Numbered from the whole stretch's first letter, positions 21,709 to 33,665 are shown. The stretch is 58,854 nucleotides of DNA, filler included, from Stramenopiles sp. TOSAG23-3 (GCA_900128585.1; 6 parts of 6 records of this genome joined end to end with filler, not necessarily neighbours in it), one strand, 5' to 3'. Numbers and translations: made by a program. The notes: generated from the letters alone by a model not told the origin.

Positions 21709-23609
21709 TGTTGTTTGTTAACTTTGCTTGTTTGGTTATATTACAAAAATCAATTTATGTTTAAACGTTCCTCTTCGCTTCGTCTCGCTTCCCTTTTACT
21801 TTCACACACCTTCGACGTATGTTCCGTTCCAATCACACGCTGAAATGCATCGTTGACAAATGAAATACAATTTTTATTTTTAGTGATTGCTTTTCTGTGT
21901 TATTGTTATTACAATGATGTTGCGTTGTATTCTTCTTCTTCCAAATTCCTATTTTTTCTGTTTGCTTTGTTATTCTTCTCTCTCTTCCTACTATTCAGGT
22001 GTTAAGCTAATGGTTTAAAATGTTAAATATTTTATTGTCTTTCTATTGTCCTGTTCTACGATCAATGCTGTGCCCTTATGTCCATACAAATTTGATACCA
22101 GCCAGTCATTTCATAAAACCCTATATTTAACAAGATTAACACATCGAAATGGCCTCTTTCATTACATCAAGATACAATTGAATAAATAATCTACCAGGGT
22201 CTTAGTACCACTTCCAATGGAGACCACCAAACCAGACCAAGCCGTACACATCTAAATAGCATTAAAATAGAATATTCTAGTTTAGTTGACTCCTTTCTAT
22301 TATTTTTCCAAAATACTCTACTTATTACATAGATACACTTTCGTACTTCACTTCTTCGCCTGCCTCCTCGTATTTAATTAAATATAAATATCTCATATCT
22401 TGTACTGTTGAACTGTACTGTACTACATTGGGCCAATAGATCATCCAGAAGAGACAGTTATTATAAAGCCACAGTATAGAACTATAGACAGTTAGTTCGA
22501 ACCTTTGTTAATACAATACGTAGTAGTCGTTCTATATAGTAGAAAGACATAATAACAATAGGACTCTCTCTCTATACGATAAAGGACCATTAAAGTACAA
22601 CCAATAGGGAAATAGCTGGATAACGAGGATAAATTCGATCTGTAATTTAAATAGCATTTGAATAGGTAGGGGCAAAATGTCCTAATGTGTGTGTGACGAT
22701 GTTAAATAAAAAAATATGATGGAAAACCAAACGTGCCAAAATAAAAACACTGAAGGAAAAGGGAAGGAAGGAAGGAAGAAAAGGCCCTCTATTGTTATTC
22801 TATCAAAATTGAGATAATGTAGTTAATTTGTCATTAACAATACAATGTCATTATTAATATATCCATCCTGAGCGTTTCCGCATTTATTTCTACTTTTTTC
22901 TTAAAATAAAAAATCCTTTGCTATTCCAATGGATTACATACGAGGACAGTACGTACAGCTCAGCTTTAAATATACTACGTACCAGTTATTCCTCTATACT
23001 ACTTATACGTATAAGTATTTAAATTATACTTATATAATACATAATAGTCGTCTATGTAATAAAAATATCGAAAGATTCTTCATATCATACAAAATTAAGA
23101 GCAACACACCATTAGCTATCTTAACTGAAACGAAATCTTTTCATGTACATACTTCACCGCCACACACACACACACAGACCACACCTTCGACCATGAAAAG
23201 GCCAAAATCCCAACACAACACTACAACCGCACATCTTCATCTTCTTTCTTAAAAATATTTTTACCTCCTTTTTTTGGTATTTTTTTATTTTTACTACAGT
23301 TGTAGTACCGTAATAATAGTATAGAAGGAAGAGAAAAGAAGAAGGATTCTTTTTTTTATTTTTTATTATTATTATTAATCTACAGTAGTAGTAGAGGAGC
23401 ATTTTTTTATTATTATTATTATTTATTATTTCATGACATATACGACAGGAAGTAGATAATTGATTTCATAATGCAGACGTTTCAAAGATGCAGGAAATCC
23501 TAAGCAAGTTGTTGACGTTTGCTTTATTTGCCAAAGAAAGATCATACAAAACCAGTAATAATATTAAATATCCAATACAAAGCATTTACTGTTATACACC
23601 AACACCATC

Positions 23610-24602
23610 ATGGCAGACTTAAAACAACAACTCGACGTACAGGTCAAGGCGCTGATGGAACGTGTGGGGCTGGGGGATATGAACCCCGTCGTCCTGTATG
23701 TCGCCCTTGCTGTAATTTTATTTATTCTCTTTTCTAGAAAGGGTGACGGCGGGTCGACGACCAGTCGCAATCGTAGCAAAAAGAGCTCCAAGCCAAAGAA
23801 AAATGAATCTGCGGTAGACGTGATTGATGCTGCGGCGCAAAACATGGGGGTTACAGTTGTGGAAGTTACCCGAGACACCGCAAAGTCGGTGCACAAGGAA
23901 CTCCGCTCCGGGGGTGTTCTGTCCAGCCTAGTGGAAAACCGCTTGAGAACCACGTTCGTCAATGACTTTTTGTCATGCGTTGCAGGAACATACCTCACTG
24001 GAAGCTCGAAACTTGGCAGAAAGGCGCCAAGTAACGACGAGTATGACATCAAGAACGGAAACGCCAATTTTGCGTGGCGTGGGTTAAGAATTTTTGTCTT
24101 GAGGCAAAATGGGACCATAAAGGGCATGTGCGTTTTACACGACGCGTATCTTAGCAGTTACCCCGGGCCAGATGCTTTACACCATGACTTTGACCCCGTC
24201 GTCAAACTTTCGCCAAAGGGAAAGGACGTTTCGAGTCAGATTGGAAATGCTGGCAGTAGAAAATGGACAGATATCCCCATCGTTTGCGGGCGTGGTTACG
24301 GACGACTTTGCTTGGCGGTTGCATTGAACAATGCCAAAGCATCAAGCTCTAACTTCTTGATAAATATTGCCGGCGGCGATTCCAATAGAAAGATGGTGTC
24401 AATGCTGGAAGACTTTGACTTTGCGCGCTTGCACATGCAGCACCCTTCTACGAAAGAGGACTGGCAAGACGAAGAAGGCGAGCCATTGTTGCTGATGTAC
24501 CGCGGTGGACGCCTTAGTGGGAAGGATGCTCGGGCAGCTTTGCTTGGTAGTACCTCAACGACGAAAGGCAAGCGCCGTGCTTCGTCTAAGAAGAGGAGAT
24601 AA
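23610..24602 (+). CDS. Membrane-anchored protein with putative GNAT acetyltransferase fold
   Basis: N-terminal TM segment VVLYVALAVILFILF. CGRGYGRLCL resembles GNAT motif A and NRKMVSMLEDFDF resembles motif B. Confidence 0.55.
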   Translation: MADLKQQLDVQVKALMERVGLGDMNPVVLYVALAVILFILFSRKGDGGSTTSRNRSKKSSKPKKNESAVDVIDAAAQNMGVTVVEVTRDTAKSVHKELRSGGVLSSLVENRLRTTFVNDFLSCVAGTYLTGSSKLGRKAPSNDEYDIKNGNANFAWRGLRIFVLRQNGTIKGMCVLHDAYLSSYPGPDALHHDFDPVVKLSPKGKDVSSQIGNAGSRKWTDIPIVCGRGYGRLCLAVALNNAKASSSNFLINIAGGDSNRKMVSMLEDFDFARLHMQHPSTKEDWQDEEGEPLLLMYRGGRLSGKDARAALLGSTSTTKGKRRASSKKRR

Positions 24603-24889
24603 TGCCAGTTGCTGAGACCGTGCGCTGCTATGGGCTATTGTCGCCTTGCGTCACTCCCGTTTGGCCCGTCCTATAGCTATTTTTTTCTATATTAAGAGAA
24701 ATGAAGATAACAACACATTTAACGCACCCACTCTTTTCAACAAACGAGTTCTAATGGTAATCCTTGATGCATAACATTGAAAATTTAAGATAACGTATCA
24801 TATCATCTCTTGAAGACGCCACAAAAAATTATGATAAAAAGTAACATATATCTTATGTGCACTATTCCTTCACCCAGGCACCTTTGGCT

Positions 24890-26248
24890 TTACTTGGCAA
24901 TTTCGATCAACATGCCACTTCCCAAACCACTATCAGCACAAGCGGAGCAAATACCATATTTTCCCCCTTCTGCGTGAAGGCGATTAGTCACCGTGGTAAC
25001 AAGCCGGCTGCCAGTAGCGCCGAAAGGGTGGCCAATGGACAATGAGCCGCCCCAACTATTAAGCTTCTCCCGAGGGATGGTCCCGACAGCGTTGTCGTAG
25101 CCATCGAAACGTTCAGCAGAGAACTCGTCAGATTCCATGGCTTTCAAGTTTGCAAGAACTTGCCCGGCAAAAGCTTCGTGTATCTCCCATACATCGATAT
25201 CGTCTACAGTTAAATTGTTATCTTTCAAGAGTTTCGCTATGCAAAATGCTGGCGCAAGGAGCAACTCTTCAAATGGGTCAACGGCCACGTAGTTCCAGTC
25301 TTTCAGAATCGACTTTGGTGTCAAGTTCATCTCTTTCGCTTTCGAGTCGGACATAATCAAACTGCAAGAAGCCCCGTCCGTTAAAAAGGATGCGTTAGCG
25401 GCAGTTATGGTGCCATGGGGCTTGATGAATGCGGGTTTCATCTTCGCGTAGTCCTTAAGTTCGCTGTCCCCGCGCACACCATTGTCATCCAAGGTCCCGT
25501 CGACCGAGACGAGCTGGTCTTTTAAGTGCCCCGCCTCATGGGCTTTGCTGGCATTGTGGTGCGATGCCATGGCAAACCCGTCCTGTTCTTCCCGGGTCAC
25601 TCCGAACCTGGAGGCCAATCGATCGGCACTGTGACCCATCACTTCCCCTGTAATAAAGTTTGATATCGCAGGGGGCTCCGGGGCAAAGTCTGCCGCATTC
25701 AGTCCTTTCAACAGGCCGAGGATACCGCCCGCGCCTTTCTTCATCGCCTTTGGGGCTTGTAGGAGTCTTTTCCGAAGCTTGGGGCTATATTTGATAGGGA
25801 CGTCCGAGAAAGACTCTGCGCCACCCGCGAGCACGATGTCTGCTTTTCCACTAAGGATCTTCTCCGCGCCCGACGTGATGGCCTGGCTGGAGCTGATGCA
25901 TGCCATGCTAACAGTGTGCGCTGGCACGGTTTTCGGCAAGCCTGCACCGAGGGCACACTCTCGTGCCAAATTGTGGGTCTTTACCTCTTGAATGACAGTT
26001 CCGAAAGTTACATAGTCTATGTCCTCGGGGTTCAAGGCGTTCCGGTCCACGACAGCCTTTATGACTCTGCGCCCTAAATCGTACGGTTTAAAGTCGTCGT
26101 AATTACCACTGCTTTTTTTGAAGGGGGTCCTGACGCCGTCCACAACCACAACCTGGCGAGCACCGTTTGCCGTCGCAAACTCCTTCCGCGTTATCGTGGA
26201 TACACCCTTTTTCAGTGTTTGGAGGCTTGTTTTAGTAAATGCCAACAT
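24890..26248 (-). CDS. HADHB: 3-ketoacyl-CoA thiolase, mitochondrial trifunctional enzyme beta subunit type
   Basis: Motifs VDGVRTPF, TVSMACISS (catalytic Cys), HEAFAGQ, GGSLSIGHPFGATG and CADSGLG; presequence-like N-terminus from the ATG at 26248. Confidence 0.93.
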   Translation of the reverse strand: MLAFTKTSLQTLKKGVSTITRKEFATANGARQVVVVDGVRTPFKKSSGNYDDFKPYDLGRRVIKAVVDRNALNPEDIDYVTFGTVIQEVKTHNLARECALGAGLPKTVPAHTVSMACISSSQAITSGAEKILSGKADIVLAGGAESFSDVPIKYSPKLRKRLLQAPKAMKKGAGGILGLLKGLNAADFAPEPPAISNFITGEVMGHSADRLASRFGVTREEQDGFAMASHHNASKAHEAGHLKDQLVSVDGTLDDNGVRGDSELKDYAKMKPAFIKPHGTITAANASFLTDGASCSLIMSDSKAKEMNLTPKSILKDWNYVAVDPFEELLLAPAFCIAKLLKDNNLTVDDIDVWEIHEAFAGQVLANLKAMESDEFSAERFDGYDNAVGTIPREKLNSWGGSLSIGHPFGATGSRLVTTVTNRLHAEGGKYGICSACADSGLGSGMLIEIAK

Positions 26249-26714
26249 CGTTTTTCGCAATGAATATGATATTTCTGTGTGTGCCTTCTTTGTGCTAAAA
26301 TATTTTCTCAAATATTATCTACTCCTTTCCTCAACGTACACAATGTATTAAATCTTATCCATCCTTTGATCCTTTGTACATCCTAAACCGTATTTTGATT
26401 ATATATATATTAAAATATTACTTTTACCACAAACAATTATTAAATGCCCGGGTGGCGGGTGGACGAAGAAAAAAAAAGAAGAAAAGAAGAAGAAAGAGGA
26501 AGAGGAGGAAGGAGAAGAGAGACAACGAGTAAAACTGGCCACATAACATAGTATATGGTATCCTATACTTTAAAATACTCGTATAAATCCTATCTATCTA
26601 TATAGAATAGAGACTGGTTACCACAACAACAAGGGCATAGTTGTATAATTACATGCCTGGATATTAACCCTTATATATAACACTATTTTGCGTATTAGCT
26701 CACGGCTCTCATAA

Positions 26715-28816
26715 TCAATCGCTTGCGGCAGTGTAACGGGCCTCCCATTGCCTCTGTTTTCTATCCGTAGACTTCGGTTTCTTTCTATTTCTTTTCCCCC
26801 CCTTAAGCTGTGGAGTGTGACCGTCTGCTTTCTGAATTAAGTTCAAAACAGCGAGGTCATCTGGGTGATACTCTTCTTCATCAAGGCGCCCCTCGCCGTT
26901 ATCTTTCACGGTTATCCCGCCTATGTCATCTCCACTGAGTCCATAACCCGACATCGCAGGTGTCTGCGGTCCCCCGCGGCTTGTATCTGGAATGGTGTGA
27001 ACACTAGGGGAATGCACAACGCGAGGTGAGTCCATTGCTAGCTGCTTTACGCGAGGCATCGCTTTGTTTATTGGGCCTCGAGGGGTTCCTACTACTGGGT
27101 CCTTCCGTCCAGCAATTTGCTTGTGTGTGTCAATAATTCTGCTCTTGGACTTGGGCCCGCCCCCCCTATTCCCACTTCCCCTATATGCCGCTACACGCCT
27201 GTTGCCACTAGACTTGTTGTTTGAGGGTGATCCTAGGCGAGAAGGCGATGATTTTACCGACACAAGCAATGGCCCCGGGCCTACCGATCGAGATGGGGAC
27301 AATATTTTGTGGGACCGCTTGCTTGCCACGGATGGCCCGTCGTAGCGTTCATAACTGACAATCCCTGTTGAACGAAAAAATGATTTATACGAGTCTGTCT
27401 TTGGACTTGTCTGCATGCCTGACAGCCGCTGCTCTAATGTTTCGCCCTCCTGCTGAATATTTGGAATGCCGAACATATTTCTACTGTCTTGGTGTCGTGG
27501 TGGGGAAGCTGCCTTTGACTTCTCAGAGTGCTGTAAATTGCCTAGGGCCCCGCCGTCCTGAGTGGCTATTTTCCTGGCAATTTTCGCCGAGGACAAAGCT
27601 TTGGCAGCGCTTGCGCGAGCAGCTTGCGCACGCAGGTTGAGAGTTGCGGAGGGACTATTTCGACTCCTCCTATACACCGTTGGTTGGGATTGGTATGTTA
27701 ATGAATTGTGTGACACAGGAAGCGATGGAACAATGTCTACATCGTTTGGTATAGCGCTTTCATCGTTGTTACTGTTCGTATTCCTATTGTTAGGAATACT
27801 CTGCTCTACCCCGTTAAAACTACGACGCCCAGGGGAATGTCGTGGCTGAGCCCTGAAGCGTTGATTTCGCATCTGCTCCAAGGAAGGGTCACGCCCCCCC
27901 CCCCCGCTTCCGCCTTTGATTCACGGAACATGTTATTGCTGGTATTTGAAGCATCAATCAGTCTACTATTAAACACCTGCGCTGGCTTATTTTCTGTTTC
28001 ACGGCTGACCCCAGTCCCATGGCTGTCCATATAGCGACCAGGGGCCTCCCTCCCACGCCCATCAACAAATTGCACATCAACAAACTGCTCACTAACACCA
28101 GGTGCGAGGCCATTTCCAGGCCTCGTGGCGGACACATTTTCGCCACCGATTCCAAAAACTTGTTGTTCTACGTGGGTGCTACTGTTCGAGATATCGGTCC
28201 TCGTCGCACGGGAACTGGTATTGCTCGAAGCCCTCGAAGAGTGAGCTGTGTTGTACTGCAACAATGCAGATGCCGCCGCGGTTGCTGCTGCAGTTGCCAC
28301 GACCGTGTAGGCCTCGTTCCTTTCTGACACGGTATAGCTCGGCAAAGGGGAGTGCTTCATTGCCGCTTCTGCCGCTGCCACGGCAACGGCGGCTATCGAT
28401 TCAATGGGGGATCGCATAACCAGCTCTTGGTCCCGTGGAACGATTTGGGGGTAGTATTGTTGACCAACGGTGGTTGCGGAAAAATTTCCCCCATTTGCTG
28501 GGGGTGTTGTTATGGGCACAGATCCCAGCTGGGGAGGGACTAAGGTTTGGTTTTGAATAAATTGCGCAGGGGGGTTTGTCGGTGTAGTCAAAAGCTGCGA
28601 AACTGCCGTGTCCGCATAATTTACTAGTTGTTGTAGGGAAGATTTTGGTTGATTCAACCCCGATGTCTCCCCTATGGACGCAATGCCCATTCTAACATGC
28701 TGCAGCCCTTTCCTAACTTCTTCCCGCCGCGATATTTCATCTTCAAGGTACTTCCAGTTATTCTTAGCGCGCCTCTGAAGTGCCACAACGCTGGGCGAAT
28801 GCTGCGTATTTTTCAT
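26715..28816 (-). CDS. Hypothetical low-complexity/disordered protein (~700 aa) split by a frameshift at a G12 run
   Basis: Two overlapping minus-strand ORFs (27806-28816 and 26715-27881) join if the homopolymer at 27894-27905 gains one base. Confidence 0.65.
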
Positions 28817-29928
28817 TGCACTGAAAGTTTTTCTTTCGTCAACTTTCTCTCTATAAACACATTATTTCTCATTGGCACAGTTAATATATTTGATCTAGTT
28901 ATTCATATATATATCTACTGCAAGAAAAAGATTTTCCCCAACCTTGATGAAACAACTGTGTGAAAGGGTAACTTATGTACTCTCATTCCAAACTCTATTA
29001 TTATATTTTTATTATTTTTTTTATTTATTATTATTATTATTTTTTTTTTATTTTTATTATCAATCATCTCCTCATCATCACATCGATCGACGCGATGGAT
29101 GATGGATGGAGGATGATTATAATGTGATAAAATGTAGAGAATACAGAATACAGTATTTAATTTAATAGGACATAAAAAATATGGCTAACCTACTATTCCT
29201 ATATATACTATTTACTCTGCTTTAAAACTTCTTCTTCTTGTGGTCAAAGAAACCATGAAAGAAGAAAGAAAGAGAAGAAGAGAGGATAGGATGATCAACT
29301 CCTGATGAGCTGCTGAAAAACCCATTTTAGTTAAAAGTGATACAGTTGCTGTTTTTTCACCTTTTTTTCAGACAAAAAAGCAATAAACAAGCTTGAAGAG
29401 AGCGCAAAGCTTTAGTAATTAATGCTGCTGTACTATCGAAAGGGTCAAGCTGCAACTATATACACACTGCTGAATTATACTTCCCTACTACCTTGGTATA
29501 ACCATGTACAACCGTGCCAACAGCGGACCCTTCTTCTATCTATCCCATCATATTATTATATTGTATTATAGATTACATCATTTACAATCATCTGTTGTCT
29601 CTTGCACTGTTGTACGAACTTCACTCCAGAGAAGTACTATATAAGAACACTATCCGGAAGTGTGTCTCTTTGTTGTTGTTGGTTGTCAGCCAGCGGGCGG
29701 CCATGGGCATCAAAACCCGCCCGAAGAAGAAGAAAGAAAAAAAGAATAAAATCGTCGGTCGTCGTGTGCCTGGGGACGCAGAATTCAGACAATGACCAAG
29801 AATAAAATAACCACCGAAACAGTATCGCCACAGCTAATTGATTGCGACGAAAAACTAACCGAAGCAGTAATGAATATTGCGAGTATTACTTGAAAAAAGT
29901 GCACTGCAATTTGACGACGACCTCCAGG

Positions 29929-31830
29929 ATGAATACACCAACGGCACAGATACGGACGCGCAGGTCTTCTATTGTGCTGCGGCAAAGTTTAAAGAAAGCG
30001 ATATCCGAAAATCCCGCGGGCGATGCACCAATGACACTAGAGGAGAGGAAGCAGGCGTTTGATAGTCATTTTCCTGTTACGAAACCAGATTTGCCTACTC
30101 TCGCCCCCGTAAAAGACGACAAAATTGGTCCAAATAACCCTTCGCCAAAGCTGAGAAGGTTGGCCCGCCGGAGCTCTGTTGCAATCACCCAAAACTTGGA
30201 AAGTTTGTCGCACGCCCATGGATCACGAAAAAAAAGTATTGCCACGAGTGGAAATGATTCACACTGCAGCGAGTTTCACCCGGAAGAACTGAAATCTAGA
30301 GATTTCATAGAGCACCTTAGAAAAGAATTTATGGTTGATTCAAGCCACGATGGAAACATATTGTACTCGGACCAGAATATTCTTAAGAGAGAATCCCTAA
30401 AGTTTGAGAAACGAATACAGTTTACGCTTAAACGGTTATGGGATCTTGTGGATACGGACGAAAGTGGCAACATCAGCAAGGTCGAGTACTTTGAACTGCA
30501 CCGGCGTCTTTTGAAAGCGTTAGTTGAGGGCGAAGTTTCAGAGGAGGAAGAGGAAGAACTAGCGAACGAAGATTGGGCACACGATACAAACGGTCATGAC
30601 GATGACATCCATGTCATGATCAAGCAACAGTTTGTATCGGCATTTTTTCGAATGGTTGATGTTTGGACGCACGATATTAACGTAGACGAGTACGCCACAT
30701 TTCTAGAAGATGCGTTTGATCGCATCGCAGAACCAGATGGGAACGGTGGGTTTCAGTATAAGTCTGTAAATAAAGTTTGCTTTAGAGGTCGTCGGTCTTC
30801 GGTAGTAATCCAGAACGGAAAGTTACTCGCATTACAACTGCAAGAGCTGCAAGCAAGAGAGAAAGCTGCAGCCGAAAAAAAGAAGGCAAAGAAAGCCAAA
30901 GAGGAGGCCGCGGCAGACAGAAAGAAACGGCAGGGAGCAAAGGGCGCGGAAAAAGACGACCCAAACGGTTGGTGGAACCGCATGCATAAAGCGAAGGGGA
31001 AGTGGTGGAGCAAGCTGAAAAACGCAAACGCGGCAGTGCATGGTATGGCGGGAGGTGGAAAACAACAGTGCACCGTCCTCTCAGTAGACCCCGACAGGAA
31101 CATGCACGTGAGGCAAATCGATGATGGGGAGCTGACTGCCGAAGCTGCTATGCCACTTTCATACATAAAATTTGCCGAAAATCCTAACAATAACAGAAGT
31201 GGAGTTGTCTACGTGGAAGGAAGGAAGGGGGCCCCCAATATTCATTTAGCAGATGTAAATCGCGTTGATTGGAACAAATTTTACCGAGCAGTATATTCTG
31301 CCCACCCTAACCCATACGCTTTCATCGCCGACTTCAGAAACAGCGAGTTCAACAATCAAATGGTGGCATCGGGGTCAAAGCAAAACGGACCGCTTGGGTT
31401 GTTAGGAGAAAAGCTTGGTTCCCTTTCTGTATTTTCAATTGCTCCAAAAGTTGCTGCCGGGGGGAAATTCGACACTTCTAGAAATGATTACAGACCTGAA
31501 AATGTTCTCTCGAGCGTTCTAACTGCGATTAATTCGTACACAGGGAAAGATGTACGATCGTCCCTTTCAAAAGTAAAAACAAGCCCTTTGGGGGCAGTCC
31601 GGGTACATAAGGGTAGGCCGAACATAAAGAACCTCATGCCAAATAGCAAAGGGCGAAAAAAAAAGAAGAAACGAATTAAAAACTGGCTGCAGATAGGCGG
31701 CACAAGTCTCACCAGTCCTACATCAAGAAGCTCTGCTTCACTGCTCAGCCCAGTTGAGTCGCGGGGGTCGATGCCCTTGGCGGTCAGCCCTATCAAACAT
31801 GGAGGGAGGGCCCGCGGCGCTACATTGTAA
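29929..31830 (+). CDS. EF-hand calcium-binding protein
   Basis: Canonical EF loop DTDESGNISKVE, a second degenerate loop DTNGHDDD, and a Lys/Ala coiled coil. First in-frame ATG at 29929; 5' end uncertain. Confidence 0.8.
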   Translation: MNTPTAQIRTRRSSIVLRQSLKKAISENPAGDAPMTLEERKQAFDSHFPVTKPDLPTLAPVKDDKIGPNNPSPKLRRLARRSSVAITQNLESLSHAHGSRKKSIATSGNDSHCSEFHPEELKSRDFIEHLRKEFMVDSSHDGNILYSDQNILKRESLKFEKRIQFTLKRLWDLVDTDESGNISKVEYFELHRRLLKALVEGEVSEEEEEELANEDWAHDTNGHDDDIHVMIKQQFVSAFFRMVDVWTHDINVDEYATFLEDAFDRIAEPDGNGGFQYKSVNKVCFRGRRSSVVIQNGKLLALQLQELQAREKAAAEKKKAKKAKEEAAADRKKRQGAKGAEKDDPNGWWNRMHKAKGKWWSKLKNANAAVHGMAGGGKQQCTVLSVDPDRNMHVRQIDDGELTAEAAMPLSYIKFAENPNNNRSGVVYVEGRKGAPNIHLADVNRVDWNKFYRAVYSAHPNPYAFIADFRNSEFNNQMVASGSKQNGPLGLLGEKLGSLSVFSIAPKVAAGGKFDTSRNDYRPENVLSSVLTAINSYTGKDVRSSLSKVKTSPLGAVRVHKGRPNIKNLMPNSKGRKKKKKRIKNWLQIGGTSLTSPTSRSSASLLSPVESRGSMPLAVSPIKHGGRARGATL

Positions 31831-31856
31831 GGACACGAGACACGAGATGATGAACT

Positions 31857-32380
31857 AAAAAACAAAAAGTTGGCCCTGTTATTTATAAATAGTTTCAATT
31901 TTAAAACAAGAAAATTGGCTGTTATTTAAGTAATTAAATTTATTCAATTTATCGTATACTGCGAACTTATCTCTGCTCCTGAGATTATACTAATCAATAC
32001 ACCCTTGTCACTTCGTCTTGACTATTATTTCTCATGTGTACTCCATGCATGATCCGAATCGGTATGTCGATTTGCGTCGATGTCAAAAGACCAGTATGAT
32101 AGACATGAAATTTTAAAAACAAGAGAATTGGCTGTTATTTTTAAGTAATTAAAATTAATGTAAATACTGCGAACTGAAATCTCTAGATTTAGACATTCTA
32201 GGTTTACATTCCTTCATGAACTGCGAACTTGTCTTTGCTCTTTTGGACTTACTAATCGATATACCCTTGTCACGACTCAGTCTTGACTATCATTCTCAGA
32301 TGTACTCCATTTATGATCTGAATCAGTAGGTGGATTAGCCCTGCTTCCACATGACATGAAATTAAAAAAAATGGCTGTGA
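31857..32380. repeat. Cluster of the AAAACAAGAAAATTGGCTGTTATTT element delimiting two diverged ~210-250 bp tandem units
   Basis: Motif at ~31857, 31903, 32115 and 32364. Internal blocks (CTGCGAACTT...ACCCTTGTCAC...GTCTTGACTAT...TGTACTCCAT) are duplicated. Confidence 0.85.
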
Positions 32381-32553
32381 CAATTAAACAATTTTAAAAT
32401 TTTTTAGAAAAAACAAACCCCTCTAATTTTCTTTTTAATAACTTCTAATTTAATTAATTCTTAAGAATCTTATAGAAGTTTGAAAAGAAAATGATTTTCA
32501 CGCGAGAGGTCGGTCGCCGCTGGACTGGCATAGTTTTTATTTGGCGTGAGCCA

Positions 32554-33665
32554 TCATGCATCCAGATTATGCACAAATAGCGTGGCTTCAGGGAAAAGGC
32601 CAGAGTCTGGCAAATTGATATTTCTGTCGTCTTCATCAGCCCCGAAAGATCTCTTTGGAAAATTTGAGTTCAAGGAGTAGTTGGTTATTTCCATTTCTTT
32701 TTCATGCAGGGTTATATTTACAAAGTCGCGAACATTTTGCACGACCCGTCCGGAAGCTTGAAGACCAGGCGAGCCGAGTCGGCTCCTGCGGCAGGCTCCT
32801 CCAGCAGCCTGCCTTTCGAACTGTTGTAGTTCTGCTCTTTCGTCAACTTTTTTGACATCTCCATTGCCTCTTTAAGAGCTTCGGCTTCCTCTGCTTCCTC
32901 AGCTAGGCGTACCCTTTCGTCAGCTTCGCGCTTCATCCTTTCCTCCCGCTCCCGATCAAGTCGTAAACTTTCGTTGTACGCAAAATCCTGTTGTTCCTGT
33001 AACCGCCTACGCTCTTCTCGATCTCGTTGGATTTGTCTGCTTTCCTGCACCAAACCTTCCGCTTGGGCAGTGCATGCCGCAAGTTGGCCCATCAAACTTT
33101 CCGCACTTTCCACCTTATCGCCTTCTATACGGGCCAACAGGATCGGGTGGGTTTTCTGTGCAGGCCAAACTAATACTGCGAGGAACGGAAAAGTCGCAGC
33201 CTGCAAGGACCGGGTCGCGCTATAGGCCTCACGTTGGTCGACGTCTCCGCCCCAGGTAACGAAACGGCCATTTATGAAATTGACCAACTCATTGTTGCAT
33301 AAAATGCTCTTACAAAATCTGTCCGTTTCTTCGTGTATAGACGAATGCAGATACACTAAAATAAAGGAAGCGTTATCCCGCGCCCGCCTAAACGTTGCCT
33401 CGGGCCCACCGATAGAAAAATGAGGATGCCTTTCCCCGAACTTGGCTTCGAAGCTGCTTATAAAGGATCTCGCCGCATTTTCAGAAGTCTGCTGGACTTC
33501 CTGTGCACCTGTAACGGCCCGCAGGGGATTCAAAACCATGCTCATAAATGGCGATAGATAACGCCCAACAAACCCATTGGCGTGCGCTTGTTCCCTTACG
33601 ATATTTTGGGCTACCGCAACGTTCCTTCCGTCTGACGGGGCAGGTTCACTCATGATTGCGGCCAT
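32554..33665 (-). CDS. FAF2/UBXD8-like UAS + coiled coil + UBX p97 cofactor, frameshifted inside the UBX domain
   Basis: FEAKFGERHPHF, LVYLHS and TFPFLAV mark the UAS domain. LVFKLPDGS continues in another frame as VRDFV...NFPKR...GLFPEATLFV (UBX). Confidence 0.85.

Noticed and set aside
20989..21843. Long antisense ORFs (also 2552-3361, 4413-5225, 19676-20500 and 55763-56761)
   Set aside because: They are shadows of well-supported genes on the opposite strand, with no recognisable motifs.
21850..23600. snoRNA/tRNA genes in the long spacer upstream of RPS3A
   Set aside because: No convincing C/D box pair with terminal stem or tRNA cloverleaf; a covariance-model scan would be needed.
31857..32380. 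CRISPR-like repeat-spacer array
   Set aside because: The intervening units are over 200 bp and homologous to each other, the repeats are degenerate, there are no cas genes, and the context is eukaryotic. Reported instead as a repeat/cassette finding.
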